Positions 55,434 to 62,585 of a stretch of DNA of 64,000 nucleotides are shown one piece after another. Position 1 is the stretch's first letter. Each line of letters starts with the position of its first letter. Location: assembly GCA_902626365.1 (NCBI GenBank), contig CACOFE010000004.1, positions 14,267 through 78,266 of the forward strand. Reading direction: 5' to 3'. This stretch comes from an uncultured Bacteroidota bacterium. GTDB lineage: Bacteria > Bacteroidota > Bacteroidia > Flavobacteriales > Flavobacteriaceae. The position numbers and the translations under genes were made by a program. The notes under the pieces are model-generated. The model saw only the letters and a program-made list of their open reading frames with translations, did no database searches and was not told where the DNA came from.

Positions 55434-55465
55434 CAAGCGAAACCGCTACACTACACAGAATAAAG

Positions 55466-55493
55466 CCTTCGAGAAATCGGAGGTTTCTTTTTT
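55466..55493 (+). terminator. rho-independent terminator of tRNA-Asn
   Basis: CCTTCGA-GAAA-TCGGAGG forms a 7-bp stem (one G-U pair) with a GAAA tetraloop, followed by TTTCTTTTTT. Confidence 0.7.
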
Positions 55494-55510
55494 AATAGTT
55501 ACAAGTTAAA
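55491..55510 (-). repeat. degenerate, shortened copy of junction element R3 abutting the tRNA terminator
   Basis: tttaatagttacaagttaaa compared with gtttaatgtatctacaagttagttaaa at 58468. It is followed at 55524-55560 by the same GGCARYTATAT / AAAAAGTGGMAACT motifs that follow the 58468 copy. Confidence 0.5.
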
Positions 55511-55523
55511 GGTACAATTTTTT

Positions 55524-55545
55524 GGCAGTTATATGGCAGTCCTTA
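55524..55545. repeat. 11-bp phased direct repeat (GGCAGTTATAT GGCAGTCCTTA)
   Basis: Related to GGAAACTATAT GGCAACTATAT GGCGC at 58499-58525. Both lie just outside an R3 copy. Confidence 0.5.
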
Positions 55546-55616
55546 TAAAAAGTGGCAACTCATTTGGGTCTCCAAAACAATAATAAAAATTTATTAATTA
55601 ATTTTAGTATGTGAAA

Positions 55617-55799
55617 CTATTTATTCTTCCGCTCATTCTTCCGCTCAATATTAAAAAAATACACTTGACCTAAATGTCCTATAGCTGCAATACCATGACC
55701 ATATTTATAATCAATAAAAATTACTGAAAGCCATCCTCCCATAGCTAGTAAAGAAAAAATAAACAGTAAAGTTTTTTGAGCAGGAGTTAAACTTTTCAT
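55617..55799 (-). CDS. small 2-TM membrane protein with a basic tail, unknown function
   Basis: 60 aa. An R3 element lies directly upstream. The C-terminal ERKNERKNK is encoded by a 12-nt tandem duplication. Confidence 0.55.
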   Translation of the reverse strand: MKSLTPAQKTLLFIFSLLAMGGWLSVIFIDYKYGHGIAAIGHLGQVYFFNIERKNERKNK

Positions 55800-55810
55800 T
55801 ATAATCCGTT

Positions 55811-55841
55811 GTTTAATATATCTACAAGTTAATTAAAAAGT
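55811..55841 (-). repeat. junction element R3, copy 1 (31 nt)
   Basis: gtttaatatatctacaagttaattaaaaagt, 29/31 identical to 58468-58498. It ends 11 nt upstream of the ATG at 55799. The next 15 nt (tgtttacggtttatt) resemble the inner part of R2. Confidence 0.8.
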
Positions 55842-55870
55842 TGTTTACGGTTTATTGTATATTGGTTTTT

Positions 55871-56797
55871 TTATCCTCCAAGATTGAAATCATCTGATGG
55901 GATACCTTTAAAATATCGAGGAATCCCTGGAAAATCATCAGTTATTATGTAGTAATATATTCCATCTGGATATTCAGGAGTTTTCCCTTCTCGACCATTG
56001 GCCTCGTCAAGTGAACCCAATTCACTTATGTATTCGTAGTCATTTACATAAACTCCGTTATATTCATCGCAGGGAGCAGATATTCCATCTCCTGGTCTAA
56101 AACCTGTTTTTAACCTATAACTCGTTGTCATTTCTATTATAGAAGATGTTTCATCAAAAGGGTCAGAAAAGGCATATTTGTAGTAAATTGGAAAACCATC
56201 AGCTGCATATCCAATTAAATTCATTGTATTTGAAGACAGGCTATCTAAGTAACTAATTGGTGCTCCGTGATAATGATATTGACCAGATGGTTGAACGTGA
56301 CCATTATTACAATCTAATCCTAATGGTGTATTTGTTGCTTCTAAATTCCAATCCCAATTTGCATTTGGACTATCAAGTCCCTCGTGTGGAAAAGGTTCAG
56401 CAGCTACTGGGTCCAACTCTATACCGTTTAACATTATACCAAATGAATAATTTGGCCCATTTGAACCTTGTAAAGGAATTAAACTTTGAGCAATGACAGG
56501 ACTAATAGGTAAATTATAAACGAGGTTCTGCTCAGAAATTGAATGCGGATTTAATGCTCCCTGAACATTACCAAATAGACCAACCATATGATTAGGAATA
56601 CTATTTGAGGATATTATTCTTGAATTTTCTGTAATATTATGGCTGTATGATGTTTCAATTGATAAAGACACATTACAATCCCCTCTGGACTGACTGAAAA
56701 TTTGGTCAGAGATGCAGGGATTAACAATCGTTTGGCCTTCATCATCGCTACAACCAAAGACAAGTGGAATAAATACTAATAGTATTAGCTTTTTCAT
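55871..56797 (-). CDS. YHYH-domain lipoprotein
   Basis: Lipobox LVFGC|SDD and the eponymous GQYHYHG motif. Carries the shared MKKLILL head. Confidence 0.8.
   Translation of the reverse strand: MKKLILLVFIPLVFGCSDDEGQTIVNPCISDQIFSQSRGDCNVSLSIETSYSHNITENSRIISSNSIPNHMVGLFGNVQGALNPHSISEQNLVYNLPISPVIAQSLIPLQGSNGPNYSFGIMLNGIELDPVAAEPFPHEGLDSPNANWDWNLEATNTPLGLDCNNGHVQPSGQYHYHGAPISYLDSLSSNTMNLIGYAADGFPIYYKYAFSDPFDETSSIIEMTTSYRLKTGFRPGDGISAPCDEYNGVYVNDYEYISELGSLDEANGREGKTPEYPDGIYYYIITDDFPGIPRYFKGIPSDDFNLGG
56778..56797 (-). repeat. signal-peptide head repeat, copy 1 (intact, YHYH gene)
   Basis: The plus strand reads aatagtattagctttttcat, i.e. ATGAAAAAGCTAATACTATT on the minus strand. Similarity to the 63369-63405 copy extends to 37 nt (35/37). 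Confidence 0.9.
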
Positions 56798-56817
56798 ATC
56801 GCGTGTTGCTCTATAGA

Positions 56818-57303
56818 TTAATAGTCATATTCTACTGCTTGACCTTGAACCCCAATTGACCAGTGAATTTGAACAACCTTCCATTCTCCATTAATTTTTT
56901 TTATCACCCCACTGTTTCTAACATTATTAATCTCTCCCGAATCTTCACCAACTGTGAAAGTGAAATCTAAAAGCTGTGTGTAGGACGCCATATTTCCACC
57001 ATCACTCATTATAATATTTAAATCTCTGGTTTCAAACTTAGGGTTTTTGATTGCCAGTTGTCCAACTATTGAAGGTTCAATTTCACTCCAACCACTCAAG
57101 TATTCTGCTTCGTCTGTTCCGATTAAAACTGCATCATCAGAAAACGTATTTTTCGCCTGTTCTAGACTGCTATTTGTAAAAAAATCAAATTGACTTGAAA
57201 TGAAACTACTTGCTTCATCCAATGTTTTTTCTGGATTAGGGTTTTGCACATTACAACTGTATAATAATGAGGTAATTAATGTAAAATATATTATTCTTTT
57301 CAT
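56818..57303 (-). CDS. NTF2/SnoaL-like (DUF4440-type) lipoprotein
   Basis: Lipobox LLYSC|N. About 140 aa mature protein with the cone-shaped alpha+beta pattern ending in W..VQIHWS. Fold call from sequence pattern only. Confidence 0.55.
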   Translation of the reverse strand: MKRIIYFTLITSLLYSCNVQNPNPEKTLDEASSFISSQFDFFTNSSLEQAKNTFSDDAVLIGTDEAEYLSGWSEIEPSIVGQLAIKNPKFETRDLNIIMSDGGNMASYTQLLDFTFTVGEDSGEINNVRNSGVIKKINGEWKVVQIHWSIGVQGQAVEYDY

Positions 57304-57345
57304 ATTGTTAATTTTAAATATTTATAATTTTTATTTCTTTTAAAG

Positions 57346-57398
57346 ATAGTAAGTTGTTTAGGGTTTGTCAAGTAAGAAACGAGGATATTGATATGTCG
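57346..57398. repeat. junction element R2, copy A (53 nt)
   Basis: atagtaagttgtttagggtttgtcaagtaagaaacgaggatattgatatgtcg, 51/53 identical to 61902-61954. It lies in a divergent spacer between a minus-strand lipoprotein gene and a plus-strand membrane-protein gene. Confidence 0.9.
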
Positions 57399-57460
57399 TA
57401 TGTTGAACTATAAATTATTATGGTACATATTACGTAATACACCTTAAACAAAGTATACGT

Positions 57461-57697
57461 ATGTATTTCTGGTATATAATTTGTATTCGCAATATCACAA
57501 AAACATCATTGATGTACAGTTTATTAAATATTGGCAGATTATATTTAGTTTTGGGTTTTATTTCCATACTGGTTTATGTAAATATTCCAGAAGAAATGAA
57601 TAATTCCACAATGGCAGTATGGATTCTTGGACTTAGTGCAATTTATTTTGTTTTAGGCATAAGAAGACTTATAAGGCACTATAAGGAAAATAAATAA
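57461..57697 (+). CDS. small 2-TM membrane protein (likely start at the internal Met, 57512)
   Basis: The hydrophobic hairpin begins at MYSLLNIGRLYLVLGF. Basic C-tail RHYKENK. Confidence 0.5.
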   Translation: MYFWYIICIRNITKTSLMYSLLNIGRLYLVLGFISILVYVNIPEEMNNSTMAVWILGLSAIYFVLGIRRLIRHYKENK

Positions 57698-57726
57698 CTT
57701 ATATATATCATTTTCATTCTTCAAAA

Positions 57727-57780
57727 TTATCTCAGACAAATACCATTAGAATAAATAATAATAGTATTAGCTTTTTTCAT
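57727..57780 (-). pseudogene. frameshifted/truncated remnant of the lipoprotein head
   Basis: ATGAAAAAAGCTAATACTATTATTATTTATTC has one extra A compared with the intact heads. The corrected frame reads MKKLILLLFILMVFV then stops. No gene body follows. Confidence 0.7.
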
Positions 57781-58112
57781 ATCGATTGTTGTAAAATTAT
57801 TATTCCTAGAATAAGGTAGGCCAGAGCAGGTAGAATTTCAGAAATATTATCTTTTATTTTAATTCTAACACAAACAGCTACAACCATCATAATTATTAAA
57901 ATTACTGAGCTGATAATTAGTATTAAATTTAATTTTAAACCAATCAGTATTCCTATACCGCAGGCTAGTTGAACACTGCCAATCTGCTTTCTTCTTTTTC
58001 CCAACCCCCATCTTTCAAATTCCAAAATCATTTTATTTGAAATAAAAGAATTTATACCATAAGCAATAAAGGATATGGCTGTGAAAACTGTAATTATATT
58101 ATATACGTCCAT
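57777..58112 (-). CDS. DoxX-like small polytopic membrane protein (second of a pair)
   Basis: About 111 aa from MDVYNIITVF, with 4 TM segments. Its ATG overlaps the upstream stop (TAATG). Its own TGA overlaps the ATG of the head remnant (ATGA). The listed ORF extends to 58127. Confidence 0.6.
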   Translation of the reverse strand: MDVYNIITVFTAISFIAYGINSFISNKMILEFERWGLGKRRKQIGSVQLACGIGILIGLKLNLILIISSVILIIMMVVAVCVRIKIKDNISEILPALAYLILGIIILQQSI

Positions 58113-58456
58113 TAAATTAAGCCACAATTAAACGAAGCAATAAATAAAGACATAATCAAAAATATTAGCGATGGAACAAACTTAATAAAAGGATTTTTAA
58201 CTTTTATATGAGAAAGTTGCGCACACAACATGAAGAAAGCCATTGATAGGGACGCATAAATTGTAATTTCATTATACCATAACCCAAGTATTAATAATGT
58301 TGAAGTTGATGTTTTGGCAACCCCTACAAAATTTCTTAATAAGTCTGAATATCCATAATGTTTAAATTCCACTACAATATTGTCATATCTGAAAATCCAA
58401 ACAATAAGAACAGAGATTGCGACAATCAGTTGAAATGCTGTTGAAATATTTTCCAT
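58112..58456 (-). CDS. DoxX-like small polytopic membrane protein (first of a pair)
   Basis: 114 aa with 4 TM segments. An R3 element lies directly upstream. Confidence 0.6.
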   Translation of the reverse strand: MENISTAFQLIVAISVLIVWIFRYDNIVVEFKHYGYSDLLRNFVGVAKTSTSTLLILGLWYNEITIYASLSMAFFMLCAQLSHIKVKNPFIKFVPSLIFLIMSLFIASFNCGLI

Positions 58457-58467
58457 AATTCTAATTT

Positions 58468-58498
58468 GTTTAATGTATCTACAAGTTAGTTAAAAAGT
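58468..58498 (-). repeat. junction element R3, copy 2 (31 nt)
   Basis: gtttaatgtatctacaagttagttaaaaagt ends 11 nt upstream of the ATG at 58456. Confidence 0.8.
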
Positions 58499-58525
58499 GG
58501 AAACTATATGGCAACTATATGGCGC
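58499..58525. repeat. 11-bp phased direct repeats (GGAAACTATAT GGCAACTATAT GGCGC)
   Basis: Tandem units with an 11-bp period, adjacent to R3 copy 2. Confidence 0.6.
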
Positions 58526-58549
58526 TCTTTAGCTTTTTTATATCGTTTC

Positions 58550-59830
58550 TTACTCTTTTATTATTTTATGTGTTGAGGTGTTTATACCGTCTGTAAGATT
58601 GAGAATATATCCCCCTTTCTCTAAACTGGAGATATCAATTTTTGTTGTGAAATATCCTTTCATTACTAGTCTTCCAAATATATCAAAAACTTCTGCTTCT
58701 AATCTTAAATTACTATTTGTGTAAATATAATTTGAAGTGGGGTTTGGGTGTAATTTAATCTCAAAATTTTGCAGCCCATCACTTGACATTGGATTGCATT
58801 CAATTTCATTACTTGAATTTTCATATAATTGACCATTTAAGACATACCATTCTTGCCATTCACCTCCAGTTCCTGTGTTCCAGGAATTAAGATCAAAAGA
58901 GTTCTCACCATTCACAGTACCTTTAATATTATAAACTTTTATTGCTTGATAGTCTGCATTCCACTCTAATGGCACATTCGGCGAGGAAATTTCAGGATAA
59001 TTATTCGAAATCTCACAATTTACCTGTAAAAAATATGCGTTATCATCATAATTTGGAAACTCTCCGAAAACCCTAGCGTTTCCGTTTTGGTCAATACAAA
59101 CAGCCGTATACTCATCACAAGCTACACCAAATACAGGAGTTCCATAGTCTGTCAGTATTCGTGACATAAAAACAATGTGACGTCCCTTTCTTTCAGGATC
59201 GTCATAGTGTTGATCAGTAATTACATTAGATAAATAATCAACCTCTAAAAAAGGTAAATTATCAACGGTAACTGAGACATTATAAGGGTTAGACAATGCT
59301 TCACTTGATGTAACTGTCCCATTTTGGGCAGTAAAGTAATATTCACCCATTATTGCCATACCTGCGCTAGTACCACCCACTGCAATATTTCTTTCAGAAA
59401 TAGCTTGATTAATTAATGTATTGAGTTGAGTGCCTCTAAAATAATTAACATAATTCCATTGATTTCCCCCTGCAAACCATATAGCCTCAGCATTCAAAAC
59501 TTTATTGTGAATATATGACTCATCTGCAGCAGAACTATTATTAAGCACTATGGTTTCAACAGAATTAACATTTACACCCAATTCGCTAAATAAATAATTA
59601 TTATAACCATCGCTTCCAGATGTTCTCAAAACTAATATATCACCACCATTAGAGCGCTCCAAAAACCAAGTCATTGCATTATCGTCCTCTGAAGCACCTC
59701 CCATAAGACAAACACCTCCATTGGTTTCTCGATAAACATCATTATTATTACCAGTGAAATATGAAGTGTAGTTTTGGCTAATAGAATCAATGGATATAAT
59801 TAATAAGATTAATAGTATTAGCTTTTTCAT
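58550..59830 (-). CDS. peptidase S51 / cyanophycinase-like hydrolase with a T9SS C-terminal sorting domain
   Basis: Shared head signal peptide. Nucleophile elbow VGGTSAGMAIMG. The last 70 aa or so (LHPNPTSNYIY...FDIFGRLV...GGYILNL) look like a Por/T9SS CTD. Confidence 0.75.
   Translation of the reverse strand: MKKLILLILLIISIDSISQNYTSYFTGNNNDVYRETNGGVCLMGGASEDDNAMTWFLERSNGGDILVLRTSGSDGYNNYLFSELGVNVNSVETIVLNNSSAADESYIHNKVLNAEAIWFAGGNQWNYVNYFRGTQLNTLINQAISERNIAVGGTSAGMAIMGEYYFTAQNGTVTSSEALSNPYNVSVTVDNLPFLEVDYLSNVITDQHYDDPERKGRHIVFMSRILTDYGTPVFGVACDEYTAVCIDQNGNARVFGEFPNYDDNAYFLQVNCEISNNYPEISSPNVPLEWNADYQAIKVYNIKGTVNGENSFDLNSWNTGTGGEWQEWYVLNGQLYENSSNEIECNPMSSDGLQNFEIKLHPNPTSNYIYTNSNLRLEAEVFDIFGRLVMKGYFTTKIDISSLEKGGYILNLTDGINTSTHKIIKE
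59811..59830 (-). repeat. signal-peptide head repeat, copy 3 (intact, S51 gene)
   Basis: Exact 20-mer aatagtattagctttttcat. Confidence 0.9.
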
Positions 59831-59843
59831 AAATTAAGATGGT

Positions 59844-60398
59844 TTATTTGACGGCTTTAATATATTCTATTTCTAAATTAAATCTACCTTCCTGTTTGTC
59901 AGAAATATGAAGGCTTAACGAATTTACTTTCTCAAGATCCAAGTCTGGATAGTTTGAATATGTATATCCCCTCCAAGTTGCTCTAAAATCTTCAACTGGA
60001 AGTTTTACAATTATCCATTCATTTTTTTGAGACTTAAAATCACAGGAATAGGAAGCTCGAATATTTTTTTGCCTTAATCTAAGTTTATAATTATTCCCAT
60101 CCCCCTTTAATTTAATCTCAAAAAACTTTATACCATTGAGATTATGTTTTCCAATATCTAGCCTTGACGAAGCAAATCCCCCGTTATTTTCAAGAGATAA
60201 ATTACCTCTAAAAATTAAATGTTTTTTGTCATTAATTAGAACAGTAGAGTTGGAAATACCCCCCATAACATCATCGTTTACGATGGTCCATTTTTTTATT
60301 CCGATTTCTTTAGATGGATTAATCAAATCAAGACTCTGGGAGTTCATAGGGGCTTCAAAAATTAAAGATACAAATAGTAATAGTATTAGCTTTTTCAT
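59844..60398 (-). CDS. CIA30 (complex I intermediate-associated protein 30-like) domain secreted protein
   Basis: Shared head. W.IVNDDVMGGISNS...GGFAS pattern typical of CIA30 domains. Confidence 0.75.
   Translation of the reverse strand: MKKLILLLFVSLIFEAPMNSQSLDLINPSKEIGIKKWTIVNDDVMGGISNSTVLINDKKHLIFRGNLSLENNGGFASSRLDIGKHNLNGIKFFEIKLKGDGNNYKLRLRQKNIRASYSCDFKSQKNEWIIVKLPVEDFRATWRGYTYSNYPDLDLEKVNSLSLHISDKQEGRFNLEIEYIKAVK
60379..60398 (-). repeat. signal-peptide head repeat, copy 4 (intact, CIA30 gene)
   Basis: Exact 20-mer. The upstream leader TAGAGCAACATACGAT (60399-60414) matches TAGAGCAACACGCGAT at 56798-56813. Confidence 0.9.
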
Positions 60399-60411
60399 AT
60401 CGTATGTTGCT

Positions 60412-60657
60412 CTAATATAATAGACTTTTTAAATAGTCAACAATCATATCATAATAACCATTAACATTAAAATAAAAAAGTATAAAAACCCCAATAATAA
60501 TCCCCATGACAGCACCAATTCTTTCTCCTCTCTTAATGTTAATTTCTTTACTTTCAAGCATCATATATTTTGGAATGAATGGACGTATTATTAATACTAA
60601 TAATGCAAAAATGCCTATTACACAGCAAATTATAAATATGTAATCAATGATTTCCAC
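60412..60657 (-). CDS. small 2-TM membrane protein, unknown function
   Basis: 81 aa with two hydrophobic helices. Confidence 0.5.
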   Translation of the reverse strand: MEIIDYIFIICCVIGIFALLVLIIRPFIPKYMMLESKEINIKRGERIGAVMGIIIGVFILFYFNVNGYYDMIVDYLKSLLY

Positions 60658-60688
60658 CTATCAATAAAATTAATATAAATTAATCAGA

Positions 60689-60721
60689 TTAATTAAATAA
60701 TAATAGTATTAGCTTTTTCAT
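60689..60721 (-). pseudogene. decapitated lipoprotein head (MKKLILLLFN then stop)
   Basis: The exact 20-mer head (60702-60721) is followed by a stop after 10 codons, with no gene body. Confidence 0.7.
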
Positions 60722-60846
60722 TTTTTCAAATATTTATATATTAAAAATGCTAAACAAAGCCCAAGCCCAAGCACAATAACAACAAATGAATTATCACTGA
60801 GTAGAGAATCTTTAAGTGTATCCGTATGTAAAAGAGTTTTGTTCAA
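60718..60846 (-). CDS. possible 42-aa single-TM ORF (TTG start) ending LIYKYLKK
   Basis: Below the ORF-track cut-off. Its TGA overlaps the ATG of the head remnant (ATGA). The tail resembles three other small ORFs in the island. Confidence 0.3.
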   Translation of the reverse strand: MNKTLLHTDTLKDSLLSDNSFVVIVLGLGLCLAFLIYKYLKK

Positions 60847-60850
60847 GATA

Positions 60851-60955
60851 TTATTTAACAGCTTTAATATATTTTATTACTCAGCCAAACAACTTTCCAA
60901 ACAAGCATAAAAAATATCTGACTACTGATCTGATTTGTGTAACTATTTTTTTCAT
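60851..60955 (-). pseudogene. fragmentary cassette: head-like start (MKKIVTQ..., 24 codons) plus a CIA30-like 3' tail remnant
   Basis: The leader CCAACATACGATATG is conserved. After an in-frame TGA the frame reads VIKYIKAVK-stop, compared with EIEYIKAVK-stop at the end of the CIA30 gene. The 13-mer GCTTTAATATATT is shared at 59856 and 60861. Confidence 0.45.
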
Positions 60956-60987
60956 ATCGTATGTTGGTTTACTCTAATGTTATAACA

Positions 60988-61191
60988 TTATTTCTTTTTT
61001 AGATTTTTCACTCCTAAATATGTCATATAAAAAAACAAGATAGCTAATGGCGTCTCAGTATATTCATTAAGAAATTCCGTTTCTTTAATTACATTACAAT
61101 AAATGTCATATCCAATCAACCCAACAGATCCAAAATATAAAACTGCGGGGAGATATTTAACCGAGTATATTAGTTTTTCGATTTTATCCAT
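60988..61191 (-). CDS. small 2-TM membrane protein with a basic tail (NLKKK)
   Basis: 67 aa. It starts 4 nt after the stop of the head remnant. Confidence 0.5.
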   Translation of the reverse strand: MDKIEKLIYSVKYLPAVLYFGSVGLIGYDIYCNVIKETEFLNEYTETPLAILFFYMTYLGVKNLKKK

Positions 61192-61195
61192 ATTA

Positions 61196-61216
61196 TCAAA
61201 GTATTAGCTTTTTCAT
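61196..61216 (-). pseudogene. decapitated lipoprotein head (MKKLIL then stop)
   Basis: gtattagctttttcat (16 nt of the head), then a stop at codon 7. Confidence 0.65.
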
Positions 61217-61419
61217 TTTTTTCTTTTGAAAAAATCATATTTTATTAAAACCAATATTATAATAAAGAAAAGCAATGAAAAAAAACATAAACCAATAAAA
61301 TTAAAAATGGTTTCTCCCATGTCTTGAGTGCTAAAACTAGCTGAAGTTAAAATAACTAATGCCATCCATAATGAAGCAATTGAAAGTATAAATAAAAACC
61401 AAGAAAAATACTTATTCAT
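61213..61419 (-). CDS. small 2-TM membrane protein ending LIKYDFFKRKK
   Basis: 68 aa. Its TGA overlaps the ATG of the head remnant (ATGA). Confidence 0.55.
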   Translation of the reverse strand: MNKYFSWFLFILSIASLWMALVILTSASFSTQDMGETIFNFIGLCFFSLLFFIIILVLIKYDFFKRKK

Positions 61420-61449
61420 AACTATAAACGTTTAATTAACTAAAAATTA

Positions 61450-61875
61450 TTAATCAAATATTACTAATTTCAATTTTAAACCCTTATAAGTTTCTGCAAT
61501 TCCTTCAACAGAAGTTTCACTTTGCAAAGAAATTCTAACAAAACCTTCCCCATAACTTAAATAAGAAAATGTTGTATCTCCAATTTCTTTCCATACAGGA
61601 TTGTATTGAGGAAACTGACTCCATCTTTGAGGTCTTTCTTCGGTTGCTGCTCTTTCAATATATGCAAGCACAGCGCCCCCTTCCATTACATCATCATCAA
61701 TTTCGGGAACTTTAATTTCAAAGTTTCCATATTGTTTGTCATCACTAAGGCTTGTTAAATCTCCAAACTCAACAATTACAACTTCAAGTTTTTTTCCAAC
61801 TTCAAATTCTTTTTCAATCTCAATACAAGAAAAAAAGAATAAAGGGATAAATAATAATAAAAATAAATTTTTCAT
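61450..61875 (-). CDS. lipoprotein of unknown function
   Basis: MKNLFLLLFIPLFFFSC| signal, similar at the protein level to the shared head but diverged in DNA. R3 (partial) and R2 lie directly upstream. Confidence 0.65.
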   Translation of the reverse strand: MKNLFLLLFIPLFFFSCIEIEKEFEVGKKLEVVIVEFGDLTSLSDDKQYGNFEIKVPEIDDDVMEGGAVLAYIERAATEERPQRWSQFPQYNPVWKEIGDTTFSYLSYGEGFVRISLQSETSVEGIAETYKGLKLKLVIFD

Positions 61876-61883
61876 AATGTTTA

Positions 61884-61900
61884 GTTTAATGTATCTACAA
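61884..61900 (-). repeat. junction element R3, copy 3 (17-nt core gtttaatgtatctacaa)
   Basis: Identical to the first 17 nt of copy 2 and contiguous with R2 copy B. Confidence 0.75.
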
Positions 61901-61901
61901 T

Positions 61902-61954
61902 ATAGTAAGTTGTTTATGGTTAGTCAAGTAAGAAACGAGGATATTGATATGTCG
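61902..61954. repeat. junction element R2, copy B (53 nt)
   Basis: 51/53 identical to 57346-57398. Again in a divergent spacer between a minus-strand lipoprotein gene and a plus-strand membrane-protein gene. Confidence 0.9.
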
Positions 61955-62002
61955 GCATTAATTAAAATTCACTATTTTAACGAACAACTATTGCATTGAT
62001 AT

Positions 62003-62452
62003 TTGAAAATGTTAAAAATACCCCCACCTCTATTAGTTCTGGTTTTAGTTATTTCTAATTACTTTTCATCTAAAAAAATTGATTTAATTCTCCTGCCAAA
62101 TCAAAACTTAATTTCATTTATTATACTTTTAGTCGGAGTGCTTATTTTAATTAATCCAATTCTTAAGTTTATAAAATCAAAAACTACAATTGACCCGATA
62201 AAGTTTAAAAAAGTTAACAAACTCATAACCTCAGGAATCTATAAATATTCAAGAAACCCTATGTATTTAGGTCTGTTGATGATAGTCATATCAACATCAA
62301 TATTCTATTTGAATATTTTCTCACTTATAACACCTATCCTTTTTGTTTGTTGGATAAATAGATTTCAAATTAAAAGAGAAGAGATTTTTCTCGCCGAAAA
62401 ATTTGGTAAAGAATACATGTTATATAAGACTAAAACAAGAAGATGGATTTAG
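62003..62452 (+). CDS. isoprenylcysteine carboxyl / phospholipid methyltransferase family membrane protein
   Basis: GIYKYSRNPMYLG motif and 4 TM segments. TTG start at 62003 or ATG at 62009. Confidence 0.75.
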   Translation: MKMLKIPPPLLVLVLVISNYFSSKKIDLILLPNQNLISFIILLVGVLILINPILKFIKSKTTIDPIKFKKVNKLITSGIYKYSRNPMYLGLLMIVISTSIFYLNIFSLITPILFVCWINRFQIKREEIFLAEKFGKEYMLYKTKTRRWI

Positions 62453-62585
62453 TGAGACTAATTTTTTTACTTTCATATATATTTTTCCTCTTTTAGCCAA
62501 GAAAATACTCCAGAACTGTCTGTAGTATGTTGCCCTAAACGTTAAAAATTAACTATATTGTTAAACTAATTTTTAAACTTTTATT

